Notes: a model not told the origin generated them from the sequence alone. Counted from the stretch's first letter, positions 31,851-48,063 are shown. The stretch is 64,000 nt of DNA from the human T2T-CHM13v2.0 reference genome, Homo sapiens (GCF_009914755.1 NC_060927.1); one strand, 5' to 3'. A program made the numbers and translations.

Positions 31851-31945
31851 GCTCCCATTGTCACTTTCAGCCAAGTCCTGGCCAAGTCCAGTAAAACCAA
31901 ATGTTTTACTGATATTTCTCCATTTTTCCTGCCTGGAAGGGGACT

Positions 31946-32223
31946 TCTTTTTCTTTTTTCTTTTTTGAGACAGGGTCTCCCTCTGTTGCCCAGGCTGGCC
32001 TGCAGTTGTGTGATCATGGCTCACCGCAGCCTTGGCCTCCTGGGCTCAGGTGATCCTCTGACCCCAGCCTCAGCTTCCGGGATAGTTGAGACTACAGGCA
32101 TGCACCATTACACCTGGCTAATTTTTTGTATTTTTTTGTAGAGACTGGGTTTTGCCATGTTGCTCAGGCTGGTCGCGAACTCCTAGGCTCAAGGGATCCA
32201 CCCACTTTGGCCCCCCAACATGC
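31946..32223 (-). mobile_element. AluJ-like
   Basis: Antisense Alu. Confidence 0.9.
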
Positions 32224-32429
32224 CTGGGAGGGGATTTCTGTTAGGATCCCACTAGATTTTTTTTTTTTTTTTTTTAGCTCTGAGGGCTTTGTAGCAGGAT
32301 GCTTGCAAACTTTAAACTATATCTGCCTTCTGGGAGGAGGAAGCTTCTACAACGTAAGTGGGTTTACTTGAGATTGACTATCTCCCAAGGACTGCCTTTA
32401 GCGCCACCCCCTGGTTGGTAGAAGTTGTC

Positions 32430-33540
32430 ATTCATGCATTTGAGTGAACGTGTGTATCCAGGGCACCTCCTCTTTATACGCCCCGTGCTGGGCGTGAGGA
32501 TTTGGAGAAGGGGAAGGTCTTGTTCTTGCCCTTGGGGAGGTACAGTTTAGTGGGGAGTTGGATAAGTAAACAGACAAAAGCAGTTTACTTTGATAAATAC
32601 TGTGATGGGGGAAGGTTGAGGCTGTGGAAACATGGGAAGTCTTCCTGGAGGAGGTGATACTGGGGCTGCGTCCTGAGGGATGCGTAGGAGCCAAAGAAGG
32701 TGTGGGGAAGGCATTCCAGTAAGAGGAAGCATGTGTGTGAAGGCCCAGACCTGAGGTTCCTTCCCTCACAGGGAGAGCACCTGTGGCTGGGGTTGGCAGT
32801 ACCCAGTGTAGGAGAGGTGTGTCAGGCAGCGGGTCATGAGCTCGGACAGGCTGACAAGGTCTATATCACTGAGGGCCTAGGGTGCCTCCTTGAGGGGCTT
32901 GGACTTTACCTTGAGAACATGAGGGGTGTAAAATGGGAGTGAAAGAGAGGTTTTATATGTTAAGAAGATGAAGGTGGCTGCAGTGTGGAGGATGGAGGGA
33001 GGGTGCTAAACCTGAAGCAGAGTCCAGGTGAGAGAAGATGGGCCTGCAGTAAGGAAGGGGCAGGCAGATGGAGACAAGGGTCCACCTGGAGAGACATTTA
33101 GGAGATGGGATCTATGAGTCTTGACGGCTGATTAGGTGTGAGGGTGAGGGAGGATTGAGCACCTCCCAGTTTTCTGACTTGGTCTACTAGGCATAGGTTG
33201 TGGCTACCCTGAGACGAGGAAGGCTCGAGGCACAGGTTTCTTGGGAACATGATGATCTCTGTGTGGAACACATTGCATTTGAGTGCCTGAGGGACATCCA
33301 GGGGGAAATGTCTTGGAGGCAGTTGGACATGCGGGTCTGGACTCAGGAGGGAGGTTTGGGAGTTCTTAGTCTACAGATGAGACAAGATGAAGTCACTCAA
33401 GGAGGGTGTGGAGAGACAGAGAGGAGGAGAACATTAAAGAAAAGAGATACGTAGAGTTGGGGGAAACTAAAATGATGGAGCAGGAGTAGCTGAAGAAGCA
33501 GAGGTGGCCAAGTGTGTAGTGCCACGGAAGCCTTGGGAAG
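32430..33540. mobile_element. L2 fragment
   Basis: TCATTCATGCATTTG...GAAGTCTTCCTGGAGGAGGTGA...GGACTTTACCTTGAG...TTTGAGTGCCTGAGGGACATCCAGGGGGAAATGTC. Confidence 0.75.
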
Positions 33541-36199
33541 ATAGTGGTTAGGGTCCACTCAGAACCCTCTCCAAGACCCACCTTCTCTGGCTTCCCAGGA
33601 GTTGGGTGCTTTGCCCCCCTATGTGGTGATTGGTACAGAGAGACTCCGTCTCTGTGATGGTGAAAATTTAGGTGATACACTGTAGACTAGTTGCTTGTCA
33701 AAGATGGGAGTCTACTTATGTGCTTTAAATGCTCTTAGTTATAATTATTCTTACTAGTTGTCAGTTACTTTACAAACATTATCTCATTCAACCTTCAAAC
33801 AACTCTTTTCAGATAGATATTATTTTCTCACTTTACAAATGAGGAAATTGTGGCTCAGAGAGGTTAAGTGTCTTCCCCAAGACCACATGGCTAGTTAGAG
33901 ATGGAGCTGGGATGTGGAGTCAAGTATTCTTGCTTTACATGCCTCAAGTTTTGTTTGTTTTTTTTAAATGCCTTATGCATTTTTTCTTTAGTGCACATTC
34001 AGCAGTGGCTGCCTCCTGCATTGGCATCTGGGCCTGGCCTGCTTGCCCACACCCTCCAAGCCTCCAGGCCATGGGGACTTCAGAAGAGGCCTGTATCCCA
34101 GATTAGCCCCAAAGACAACATGCTCCTTAAGAAGAAAGAGGAGGCCCAGGCACAGCCAAGGCCTGTGATGGGAAGGGCTTCCCGGGAATCAGTGGGGAAC
34201 TTCCTCCTGGGAAAGCCATGAGAGGGGCAGTTCCTCTCCTGGGCCAGGCGTCAGGGAGTCAGGGCCCCAGCTGTTCCTGCCCAGCCGCCTGCAGCCCTGA
34301 GCACCCACCGGAGACAGGAGGCCCTGCCTGCTCACTGCCCATTGTCCCAGCACCACAGTGCCGCTTCCCATGCGCCTCCTGTTTACACAGGAAGCCCTGC
34401 TCTGGGATGCCACCTCCCTCTCCTGACGGCTGGCCCCAAGCTTGAATTCCTCACAGGCAGCTTCAGTGAGCGAGGGCTAGAGTAAGTTATCACTGCTCAG
34501 TGACTTTAAAAATTAGTAAAGCAGAGTGGGTAAAAGCATGGTCTTGCAGTGTGACTGCCTTGGATCTGAACTTGGCCACTCATTAACTGAAGCACTTTGG
34601 GTATTCATGCCAACGGTATGAACGCAGATTCCTCCTCTGTAAGATGAGGAGTATTATGCCTACCTATCTCACAGGTTTTTCGTAAGGATAAACAAAATAT
34701 GGAAGTAAAGTGCTTGGAACATAGTATATGCTCAATAAATTACACATCTCACAGTTGTTATTTACCTCTTATGTTTAGTTGCACCCAATTTTAGCTGCAC
34801 TCCAAATGCTGGTGATAGTTTAAACTATGACCTCCAAATTCTGTGACACTCCTCCCATTGAGAGGCGGGGCCAATGCCCACTTCCCTTGAATCTGGGTGG
34901 GCTTATAACTACCTTGACCAATGTGGTACAACAGGAGTGACACTGTATTAATTCCAGACTTTGTTTTGGTTGCTAGAACATTTATACTTGGAGCCTGGAG
35001 CCACCGTATAAGAATCTAACTACTCAAATTTGGCAGGCAATGAGGATTGTTCTTCTTGAAGCATGACCAGAGGGGTGGGAGTAGTTTTTTCCAGTTCAAT
35101 AAAATTTGTTGAATGGGATTTTGAAATAGTAGGCTGAATGCAAACTGGAGTTCCCTCCCTTACCAACAAAAGATGGCAAAAATTAAAAAGATAAAATAAT
35201 AAGCACAAAGTTGCACTTAAATTATGAAGGAATATTCTTGTTAGAACGGAAATGGTGAAATGTTCCTGAAATAAATAAGTAAATGGAAAGTGACAGCCAT
35301 AAGCTGAAGGGCTTCTGAGTTGCATGCCCAAAACATGTGCAGAATTGTCTCAGAAGAGGCATACACAATCAAGAATCACCAATCAATAAACATTTGTCAA
35401 GCACTTATGTGCTAAGCCTTTGTCACTATTATCTGTATATTTTTACAGTCAATGCTTGTTTAGAGTTACTCAGATGTTTGCTCACTCATTCCTTCCTTCA
35501 GAGTTCAATTTCCTTCTTACTGCAGTACAGCGTTCATAGTGCTTTCTTCAAAGGTCTGTGAGTAGTAAGTCTTTGATTAAAATTTTTAAATTTCATTCTT
35601 CCTCTTCACTGATAATATCGCAGAGTATAGAGCACTGAAGTTGACAGTTATTTTTCCTCAGCATGCTGGAAGATACTTGGAATATCCCATTATTTTCTAG
35701 CTCTGTGGTCACTATTGAGAAGTCTGTGGTAAGTCTAATTTTTCCTTTGTAGGTGATGTAGCTCTTGTCTCTAGTGGATTTTAAGATTTTGTTTTGATAT
35801 TCTGCAATTTTACTATGATGTGTCTAGGCATGGAATTATTTATATTTAATCTGCTTGGGGATTGGATTATTCTTCCTTGGGAGGATTTATCTTTTTCACT
35901 GTTATTGAAAATTCTTTTTTTCCCCAATAAGCCTTTTGCACTCATAAATTGAAAATTCTTGATGGTTTTATCTTTTAGTATTACCACTTTCTAATTCTGT
36001 TTGCTCCTTCCTATTACAAATTTGATGATCCTTATTATTTCCTCTTCCATTTCTCTTATCTTTCATATTTCCCATTGCTTTATCTTTCTGTGCATGCTTA
36101 TGGATGATTTCCTTATATATATTTTCTAATTCATGAATTCTCTTTTTAGCTCCATCTAATCACAATTTTATCTATTCATTAACATTATAATTGTGATGA

Positions 36200-36535
<336 letters not shown>

Positions 36536-38310
36536 TGAAGTCCTGAGATTACAGGCGTGAGCCACTGTGCCCGGCCTTCTTTTTCCCTTTAATCATTTTA
36601 AACATATGTATTTTATAGTCTTTCAGAATGTTCAACTATCAGAAACTCTTGCATTGTCCTTTCTCTTATTTGTTGTGTCTGCAAACTCTTGTTCATGACA
36701 AACTTTTCTTGAAACAGTTTGCGATTTTCTTTTTTGAGACAGTCTCACTCTGTCGCCCAGGCTGGAGTGCAGTGATGCAATCTTGGCTCACTGAAAGCTC
36801 CGCCTCCCCCGGGGTTCACACCATTCTCCTGCCTCAGCCTCCCAAGTAGCTGGGACTACAGGAGCCCGCCACCACGCTCGGCTAATTTTTTGTATTTTTA
36901 GTAGAGATAGGGTTTCACCGTGTTAGCCAGGATGGCCTCGATCTCCCGACCTCGTGATCCACCTGCCTTGGATTCCCAAAGTGCTGGGATTACAGGCGTA
37001 AGCCACCATGCCTGGCTCAGTTTGCCATTTTCATTGATGATTTCTTTCCCTGTGAGAATGTCGTGCTGCCCGAATTGTAAGAATGGCCCTACAGAGAGGT
37101 TTTATTTGGTTTTACCAGGTGCCCTGGAGTTTTAACCAGCCTGGGATCTGTTTTTTGTTTATTTGTTAATTTTTTGAGTAGAGATTACTGTACAATGTGG
37201 ATGGTATAAATCCAACTCCAAACCATCCCCTGGTGCAAACTTAGTGCTTCTCATGGAAGACCAGGAAAAGACAAGTCCTATTGTTATGTCTCTGCACTGG
37301 TGGGGAAGTTTTTCTAGTCCTTTTAAGGGTGCAGCCTTTCAAAAGTCCTTACTTTATGCAGAATTCTTACTCTTACCTTACCCTGAGTGATCCTAACACC
37401 TGTATCTTGTTCCTGTGGAAAGGTTAGAACTGAAGCTTCTCATCTTTGGTGGGTATTTTCCAATTTATAACCTCCCTATCCCCATCTAGGGTTTCTTCTG
37501 TGCCAGCTCATGTGCCACTCTTCTGGTTTTCATTTCCCTCCACTTCTAGTATCTAGGAAATGGAAAAAAAAAGAACATTTTTATTAGTTATTTTATAATC
37601 TAGAATTTTTATAAATTTGTAATGGGAGACTCTTTTTGTTTAAAAAAAAGAGCTTCAGGTCGCAATGAACCTTTCTAAACCTTTTGCATATGTTCTCTCA
37701 TATTATTCTCATGAGAACCCCACAACACAAACATTTTTAAATCAACTTCCTTTCATGCATTTAGATATTGAGGCTTGGCAAGTTTAAATCTTGTCCCAGA
37801 TGAGACAGGGAGGAAATGGCCTTGTCCAGATGTGAATCCAGGTTTCTCTGATTCCACTTAATGTAGCATTTAGGAAATTATTGATAACAGCATCCCCACA
37901 CCTTTTCTTTTAAAAATTTTCAGACATTACATTTCTAATCACCCAGATTCTAATTATCATTTTGCCATATTTTCTTTATTATATATCTATCCATTTACCC
38001 ATCCTTCTATTTATTTGTCTATCTTGTTTTGTGATGTATTTCAATATAAGTTGCAGATGGTAGTCTACTATACTCCTAAACAGTTTAGTGTCCATATCAT
38101 TAACTACAGTTAAATATTTCTTTAAAGTTTCTTTCCCTGGGTACAAATGAACTAATCTCAACTCTACCATTCCATGAGTTTTGACTAAAGCATACACCTG
38201 TGTAATGTAAATCTCTGTCAAGGTATAGAATATTGTCATCTCTGCAGGCAGTTTGCTCCTGTCCCCTCCTGGGCAATCCCTGCACCTGCTCAGAAGCAAC
38301 CACTCTTTTG

Positions 38311-38311
<1 letters not shown>

Positions 38312-38358
<47 letters not shown>
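38312..38358. repeat. (AC)n microsatellite; AT-rich low-complexity tract at 38666-38770
   Basis: Read directly. Confidence 0.95.
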
Positions 38359-38360
<2 letters not shown>

Positions 38361-38373
38361 TTATATACATACT

Positions 38374-38877
<504 letters not shown>

Positions 38878-40262
38878 TCAGCCTCCTGAGTAGCTGGGAT
38901 TACAGGCATGCACCACCATGCCCAGCTAATTTTTGTATTTTTAGTAGAGACGAGGTTTCACCATGTTGGCCAGGCTGGTCTTGAACTCCTGACCTCAGGT
39001 GATCCACCTGCCTCGGCCTCCCAAAATATTGGGATTACAGGCGTGAGCCACTGTGCCTCGTCACTCTTTTGATATTTTCCCCCATAGACTAGTTTTGCCT
39101 ATTCTAGAAATTCATATAGATAGATTTTTGCCAGGTATACTCTCTTGGATATGGTTTCTTTCTTTCAGCATAATGATTTTGAGATTAATTCATGTTGTGT
39201 GTGTATCTGTAGTTTGTTTTTATTGCTGAGTGGTATTCCATTGTTGGGCTATAACACAGTTAGTTTATCCATTCTCCTATTGTTAGATGTCTGAGTTGTA
39301 TTCAGTTTTTTGATACATATTACTAATTAAAGCTACTATAAACATTTTTATAAAGAACATTAATAGTTTTTATTACATTGGAACGAAGAGAGTAGCACAG
39401 CAGCCAGATTGCAGTTAGTTGAGGGATTTGAGAAAGTGCAGAGAGCGAACACAGACAAGTTTCTTAAGATGACTAGATGAAAAGTGGGGAGAGAAAGAGT
39501 AGTAGCTGGAGGGGTGTTTAGGGATTTTATATATGCATATATATAACATATACATATAATATACATATTTAATGAGAATAAACTGAACATGTTTATGGAA
39601 GGAGAGGGAGAGGAGGGAGGGGACAAGAATCTTGGCCTCTGTGGGCAGCCTATGGCTGCCTTCCCCTTGGACCTCTGTCTCAGACCCTGGCAGAACCTGA
39701 GGTCCCTGCAGCTGTTCCCTTGTTTCTACTGGCAGAGTCCTGGTCCTGAATCTTTTCCTCTGCCAGTTTGATGTCTAGGTTGGGATTAGCCATTCTGACA
39801 ATAGAAGAGAGAGCAGAATTCTTTCTTCGCTCTCTGCTCAGGCTGTTGATGCTCTAGAGAGGACAGCAAACATCCACTGTGAGAGATGGGGTTGTGGCTT
39901 CCCCTGGGTGGTGGGTAAGAACCTGCTCAGAATAATTGGGCCACCACTCATGGTGATGATTACATGGACCTCACCATGGGAGAAGCTCTGAGAATCCTTT
40001 CAGGGTTAAGGAAATTGACTTGGGAAACTGGCTAGTTACTCCCTTGAGGGCAGCAGTTGCTGGTTTGAGCTGTTAGGCCAGAGATCATTTGCTGACAAAC
40101 ATGTACAGCAAGTCAGGAGCAGAGGCCAGCCCATGGATTTGCTGCTGTCCAAGTTGGGTTCTTAAAATTATTTGTTGAATCAATGAAAGTCTGATGTTTA
40201 AAATAATTTGGGCTTGATTGGGTGCAGGCAGGCAGAATTGACCTGTGAATCCTTGTGAGTCT

Positions 40263-40541
40263 TCTTTTTTAGGAGACAGGTTCTTACTCTGTACCCCATG
40301 CTGGAGTGCAGTGGTGCAATCTCGAAATCCTGGGCTCACGCAATCCTCCCATCTCAGCCTCCCAAGTAGCTAGGACTACAGGTGTGTACCACTATGTCCA
40401 GATAATTTTACTTATTTTTTTTGTAGAGATGGGGTCTTGCTATGTTGCCCAGGCTGGTCTTGAACTCTCAGCCTCAAACATTCCTCCTGCCTTGGCTTCC
40501 TAAAGCATTGGGATTACAGGTGTGAGCCACAGTGCCTAGCC
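40263..40541 (-). mobile_element. AluJ-like
   Basis: Antisense Alu. Confidence 0.9.
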
Positions 40542-40679
40542 TGATTATCTTCTAACTATCCCTTTCTAAGTGAGGTCAGGCTTGTTATGCAGTGCCTTTC
40601 TGACTAGACTCTCAATAAGGATTTTTGTTGCTTTAAAACTCTTTATTTATTGATTTATATTACACACACATATTTTCCT

Positions 40680-41510
<831 letters not shown>

Positions 41511-43671
41511 AGAGGTAAAACAGGTCTCCCCAACTGAAAATTATTTTTTTTGAAAAACTTCAAAATAGAGAAAAGTTGAAAGGATAGGATAATGAACACT
41601 TCCATAATATAGTCTTTTGATGGTGATGAAAGTTGACTCTTTTGGAGAGGATAGAGACATTTAAGTCTGCGGAAAAAGGTAAACCAGTAAAATAGTCACT
41701 TTGCACACACAAGGTTTTCAACTCCACGCTGAAACTCCAGTGAACCTGCTTTCAGTCACATGGTCTGAAAGCATGGGACCTGTTGCTGTCATTTGCCTCT
41801 TAGCACGCAGATGGGGTTTGGGGTTTAGGATGTTTGTGTTCAGAGCAGCTTATTGGGTTCCTGACCTGTGCTGAACAGGGCAAAGACTCTAGCCCTGGAT
41901 GTGGGTCTGAGGAGGAGCTCAGCCCTTGGGTGCCCTGATGCTCTCAGGGGGAGTGACTAGATTGGCATGGACACGAGGTACGTGTGTGCGTGTGTGTGTG
42001 TGTGAGTGTGTGTGTGTGTATGTGTGAGAACAATCCATTTCCAAATAACAGCTGGTGTGGGCTTTGAAATATGCCAACCTGATGCTCTTTTCCAGTGGTT
42101 TCTTGAGGGGACAGCAAACTCCTTATCTTGGCCTATAAAGCCTAAGTAGTCTGTCCCTGCAGCCTTTTCTGAGGAGCTCTCCCTGGTTCCTGCACTCTAG
42201 CCACACGGGTGTTTCAGCTCCTGTCATTCTCCTTCCTCCCTCAGGCTGTTCTCTGCAACTGGAAACACTCTCTCATGCCCACCCCACCTTCAGCACCCTG
42301 GCTTCAGGACTCAACTCAAACGACACTTCCCTGGGAGGCCTTCCCTGAGCCCCACATGGGAAGGAGCCTTCTGGCACAGTTCTCCTACAGTGTTTGCATG
42401 ATTTTTACTTATATATTTCTCTGATTTCACCCTTTGTGTCTGTTTCTCCTCTTACCCCATAAATGTCATACGAGCAAGAATCCTATCTGTTTTGTGCACT
42501 GTTATATCCTGTGTTCTGACAGAGATTGACACATAGTAGGTGCTCAATTAATGTTTGTGAAGTTAACGCATGAGGCATTTTGATAGCAAAAGCATGTACC
42601 TTGTAGTCAGAATTGGGAGTGAATTCTCTTTCTGCCTCTTAGAAAGTTACCTAACCTCTTTAAGCTGCAGTTTCCCCATCTGAAAAACGGGTATAATAAT
42701 ACTGCCTCCTGGAGCTGCTGCGTGCATGTGGAAAGTGCTGGGCAAAAAGCAGGTGACTGAGTCCTGGTAACTATCAGAGTATCATTTTTGATGTGAAGCC
42801 AGTGGACACACTTGTTCATGGGCAGCTTGTGCTGCTGGTGACTGGTGACAGCTGGCCTCACTGTCTGGGGTCAGGCTGGGCCAGTGTTCCCCTGCCTCAG
42901 GAGGTAAGGGTGATGCTGGAGCTGGCGGTTGAGGAGGTCATTGTGCCATTTTGGCAGCTACTACCAAAACCTTGAAGGGAAGACAGCCCTGGAGCACCTC
43001 CAGTCACTGACCTCTGCCAGGGTAGTGGAAGGAAGCAGCAGGGAGCCATGGGAACAGGGGAGGGCAGGGAGCCAGGTGGTCCCGGGAAACCGCAGTCTCG
43101 GCTGGCGGGCAGGAAGGGAACTGATGAGAATGTCAGGGCTCTGGAGGGGATAGGGTTTCTGCCGCCTCCAGCTGCCCTAAGCTGCCTCTGCTGTTTTCCA
43201 GAGGGACCCAATTACCACCCTCTTTTGGAGCTAGGGCCAGCAGAGATCCCAAGGAGATAGGAGGTGGCTCCCAGCAGGGCAGGAGGGGCCTTTAAAGCTC
43301 TCTCAACCATACACCTGTTCTTGATCATCTGGGATTTGGGGAAAATATTAGGACTTCTGAACATGGTCCCTCAGGTCTTCATGGAACCTCAGGCTTTCAA
43401 AGTGTTCTCATAAGTGCCAGCTCATTTCATCTTTTTCACAGCTTGGGAGTTGCTGGGATAGGTTTTATTGGCTTCTTTGCATAGTGACCCTGCCATCCAG
43501 AGACAGGAGAAGCCAGCTGGCTACAGTCACCAGGTGAGTAAGTAATCCAGGACTTCTGTTTCTATATAGCCTCTTCCTCGTACCACTTGATCAACCAATC
43601 AACATACAACAAGGCTCTTGCCCTTGCCACAGGCCCCACCATGCCTTGTTGTATCCCACCAAGCTTTTTCA

Positions 43672-43981
43672 TTTTTTCTTTTTTTTTTTGAGACAAGGTC
43701 TCTCTCTGTCACCCAGGCTGGAGTACACTGGCACAATCATAGCTCACGGTAACCTTAAATGCCCGAGATCAAGAGATCTTCCTGCCTCAGCCTCCTGAAT
43801 AGCTAGGCCTACAGGTGTGCACCACCACACCCAACTGATTTTTATTTTAAATGTTTTGTAGAGATGAGGATCTTGCTATGTTGCCCAGGCTGGTCTTGAA
43901 CTCCTTGAGCTCAAGCTATTCTCTCTCCCACCTTGGCCTCCCAAAGTGCTGGAATGCAGGCTTGAGCTACCACACCCAGCC
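43672..43981 (-). mobile_element. AluJ-like
   Basis: Antisense Alu; TSD-like CCCACCAAGCT on both sides. Confidence 0.9.
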
Positions 43982-45027
43982 CACCCCACCAAGCTATCAT
44001 CCTTCGTTTACATTACCTGCTTGGCTTTTGAAAGTATTTGAGTAGCAGCCCCTATCGAGCATGCTGCATGTGCCCAGCTTTGTCTTGGGTGTTGTGGAGG
44101 GCACAGGGGAAGATGGAGTGTTCTCTGCCCCCAGGTGTGGATGGCCAGACATGCCTGCCGAGAGAGCAACCCGCAATGCTGGGTCCACCATCGAGAGGCC
44201 ATGTGATGCCAGGCCTGAGGCTGCTGAGTGGGGACCTGAGTCAGGCTTTTGTGGGGGATTTGGTTAGGCTGAGTGAAAGGAGAGCCTTCCAGTAGGGAGC
44301 CCACAATAGCAAGTGTGGGGAGAAAAGAAGGCAATTAGGGTTTCATGGGCTGGAGAGAAGGCCTTTCTGCATAGAGTGGAGGGAAGTTTAGAGGTTAAAT
44401 GGCTTTGAATCCATTCATACTGTTTACTGAGGACCTTTTTGTGTCAGACACCAGCTAGGCAACCTACACACTGTATCTAATTTCGTCCTTATTACAGCCA
44501 CGGAGGTATTTGTCTTATTTTACAGCTGTGCAAGTATAAATATAGACATGAAATATTTTGAAGTTGAATGACTTGCTCAAGCCCAGTCTGACTCCAAAAC
44601 CCATGTTTTTCCCATACAGAAAGCTCCTGGGGGAAGGTAAGTTTTGGGTACATATGAAGCAGATGAGAGTATAAGCCTTAGGAGGAATTGGAGATGGTAG
44701 GAACTGTATAGGCAAAGGCAGGTGGCAGGACCAAGGTGTTGATGCGAGGTGGAGGTTTGATTGATGCAGAACTTCCTGCTCAGGTCCCATTACTTTGTCA
44801 AGGGCCTTGCTGGGCCCACTCAAGGGCTGAGCAGCTGTCTGATCTGCCCATCTTTCCCAGCACGCCAAACTCCTCCAGCTGGCCCCATGTGCTGCCTTTC
44901 TGCCACGCTAGCCTTTTCAGGCTCTTTTCTGGCTCCCCACCTCATCTTTTGCTGTTTCTCCCACCTGAATGTCATCATCCTCCTATCCTCATTATCCCCT
45001 ATCCTCTCTACTTATCCAAATCCTGCC

Positions 45028-45343
45028 TTTTCCTTTTCTTTTTTTTTTTTTTGAGACAGGGTCTCACTGTGTTGCCCAAGTGGGAGTGCAGTGGCACGAT
45101 CATGGCTCACTACAGCCTTGACCTCCAGGGCTCAGGCCATCCTCCAGCCTTAGCCCCCCAACTAGCTGGGACCATAGTTGTGTACTACCATGTCTGGCTA
45201 TTTTTTTTTTTTTTTTTTTTTTTTGTAGAAATGAGGTCTCACTATGTTTCCCGGGCTGGTCTTGAACTCCTGGACTCAAACAATCCTTTGGCCTTGGCCT
45301 TCCAAAGTGCTAGGATTACTGGTGTGAGCTACCACACCTGGCC
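45028..45343 (-). mobile_element. AluJ-like
   Basis: Antisense Alu. Confidence 0.9.
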
Positions 45344-46969
45344 TAAATCCCGCCCACTTCTTTATAGTTCCCTGGACATTTTTGCTCCTCCTGAAAGCCC
45401 TTCTTGACTATTCCAGTTGCCCTGGTTCTTCGTTGAGGATGCGTAGGCCTCTTTCTAAAGTCCACCTTATCTCCCCAGTTTATAAGCTCTCCATGTTCAG
45501 GCAGGGGACACAATATTACCCACTCTCCACAAGCTCCACAAGCATTATGGGCAGTGGTAGGCCACTGATGGGGGCATTTCCTATGGGCTGGGCAAGGGGC
45601 CAAGCCCTTCACACACATTTCCTGATTTCACCCCGGCAGCAAACCCTATGATATAGCAATGAGTCAACTATTAACTTTTAAAGATGAAGCAACTAGAGAC
45701 TCAGAGAGAGGCTGAGTAGCCTGCCTGGATGTGGAGACCATCCTTGACTTGATCTGACTCTGGAGCCCACTCTCTTGACCGCTCTTCTTGCCTGGAGCAC
45801 CCATGAAGCCGGCGTAAGTTTTGGATCTGGACTAGCCCAGGTATAGAGCTGGCTCAAACGAGGCTCCTGCTCACAGGTACACATGGTAAGAGATGTGAGG
45901 GCCCAGTGAGATGGCTGGCCTCTTCGCAGATGCCTTGCAGCACACCCCCTTCTCTTTTTCTGTTATTTCTTTTGTTTGCTGGTAATGGTGTGTGTGCTTC
46001 TGTAAACTCAGCCCTGTCTTTCATTAATTTCCACTAGGAAGGGAAGCCAAGGTGGCCACAGTTTGAGGAGGTGCCCATTTTCTGGAGGTCAAAATAAGCC
46101 CAACTTGGGTGATGCAGGGAGCCTGGGGATGCTTCACCAACTCCAGCTGTCCACAGCTCAGGGATCCTGGTCCCACTGAGGCCTTGAGTCTCCCATCCTC
46201 CTGCCTAGGCAGGATGAGCCAGCCTGGAGGCAGGCGGCAGGACAGGAATGCAGCCTTCTCTCCAGCTCTTGACAGGGCATCTCTGGGAGGCCCCCCGGCT
46301 CCTTCAGACCACAGCTCTGCTGGGGAAGCCAGGGATTAGGGGCCTAATTCCGCCGAGAATCCTGTTTTTCTTAGCCTCACACAGATTGCTTTTTAGGAAA
46401 GACCTCTCATCCAATTAGCTTGAGTCAACAGCTCCATTTATTTGGACACGTCATGTTATGAAATGGGCTGCTGCTGGTGTGTTTTTGTACCGCATATCTG
46501 GGCTGCCCCTCCAGGATGGCATCAGGAGCAAGGCGCTGCAGGCCGTCCAGGCCGGCAAGAGCTCAGCCTGAGAGCAGCTCCAGAAGAGGCCGGAAGGGAG
46601 GCCACAGGTTGGCCAGCCAGGCGGAGACCTGTACACTCTCAGATTTCATAACAAGAAAGTGACCCACTGAGTGTCCACATATCCAGCTTCCTCTCCCATT
46701 GGTGTTTTTGAATAAAAATAAAGGGATTAGGGGCCCTTGACCAAAACTCCTTCCTTTCTTCCCCATCAGAATCAAAAGAGACTTCTACAAGGGGCTTTTG
46801 ATGGTGACAAACCCTTTACCACATCTATAGTACTCAGGACTTTTTGAGAAAAAAATCAGTAATAGTTACTATTTATTTTTTTCTTTTCTCAGACTTCTTA
46901 GGGATGAAAATTGCTATTTAATGGTGAGCATTTGCTATGTAAACTGTGCTAAGCACATGATATGATAAA

Positions 46970-46970
<1 letters not shown>

Positions 46971-47016
<46 letters not shown>
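46971..47016. repeat. (CA)n microsatellite
   Basis: Read directly. Confidence 0.95.
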
Positions 47017-47019
<3 letters not shown>

Positions 47020-47377
47020 TTTCTTCTCTCTCTCTCCCCCATACCCGCTATCCTTATCTGCCTGGTGAAAGTGGAAGTCCCCCCATTCAATCCCCTCCTT
47101 ACTGTCTCCAGCCCCTCTCAACATTGGTATATGTTTGTTCAGATTATTTTCTGTGCATTTATATTCATGTATATCATATATTATTTCTAATCCTAAAAGC
47201 AGTCATTCAAGGAAGATATTAATATTCCCATTTTGCAGATGAGAAAACTGAGGCAAAGAAAGGCTAAGTAACTTGTCCAAGGTCTCATAGCCAGCAAGGA
47301 GGAGAGCTGGGTTGAAATCAGGCCTGAGTGACTACAGAGACTGCTGGGCAAGCCTTGTCCCTCTGGCACTACCTTGA

Positions 47378-47568
<191 letters not shown>

Positions 47569-47992
47569 ACTGGTCTTAATGAATTGTAGTGCATTTCTTA
47601 CTTGTGTCTCCTTCTTGCCACCTCTCCATGTTGTTACGATTTTTGCCAAATCGGTCAGTCAGGGTGGGCACTCAATACAGTTGGGCCACATGGAAGTCAT
47701 CCTCTGCTCTGCTGCCTCTGCCCTGCTCCCTGACCTGGAATCACAGCCAACCTAACAGCTTTAGTTAGACCACTTTCTGCTTTCTGCATCCAGAGCCAAA
47801 TGCAAATAACTGCCAGCAAGGGTGGCATTGCCACCACTCCCCTAGATTGTGACTGGTCAACGTGCACATACCCCAAGCCACTGAGCATTTGGGGCTGAAC
47901 GTTCATCTCTTCTTGGCCAAATAGGATATTGTTGTGAAGAGCAAAAATGTTTTCCTCTTTATAATGGGCCAGGAGCTGCTGTTCGGTCAGGA

Positions 47993-47993
<1 letters not shown>

Positions 47994-48026
<33 letters not shown>

Positions 48027-48027
48027 C

Positions 48028-48063
<36 letters not shown>

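Noticed and set aside
44736-45407. 223-aa ORF and other ORFs with LECSG/PPRPANF-type text
   Set aside because: Translations of antisense Alu elements.
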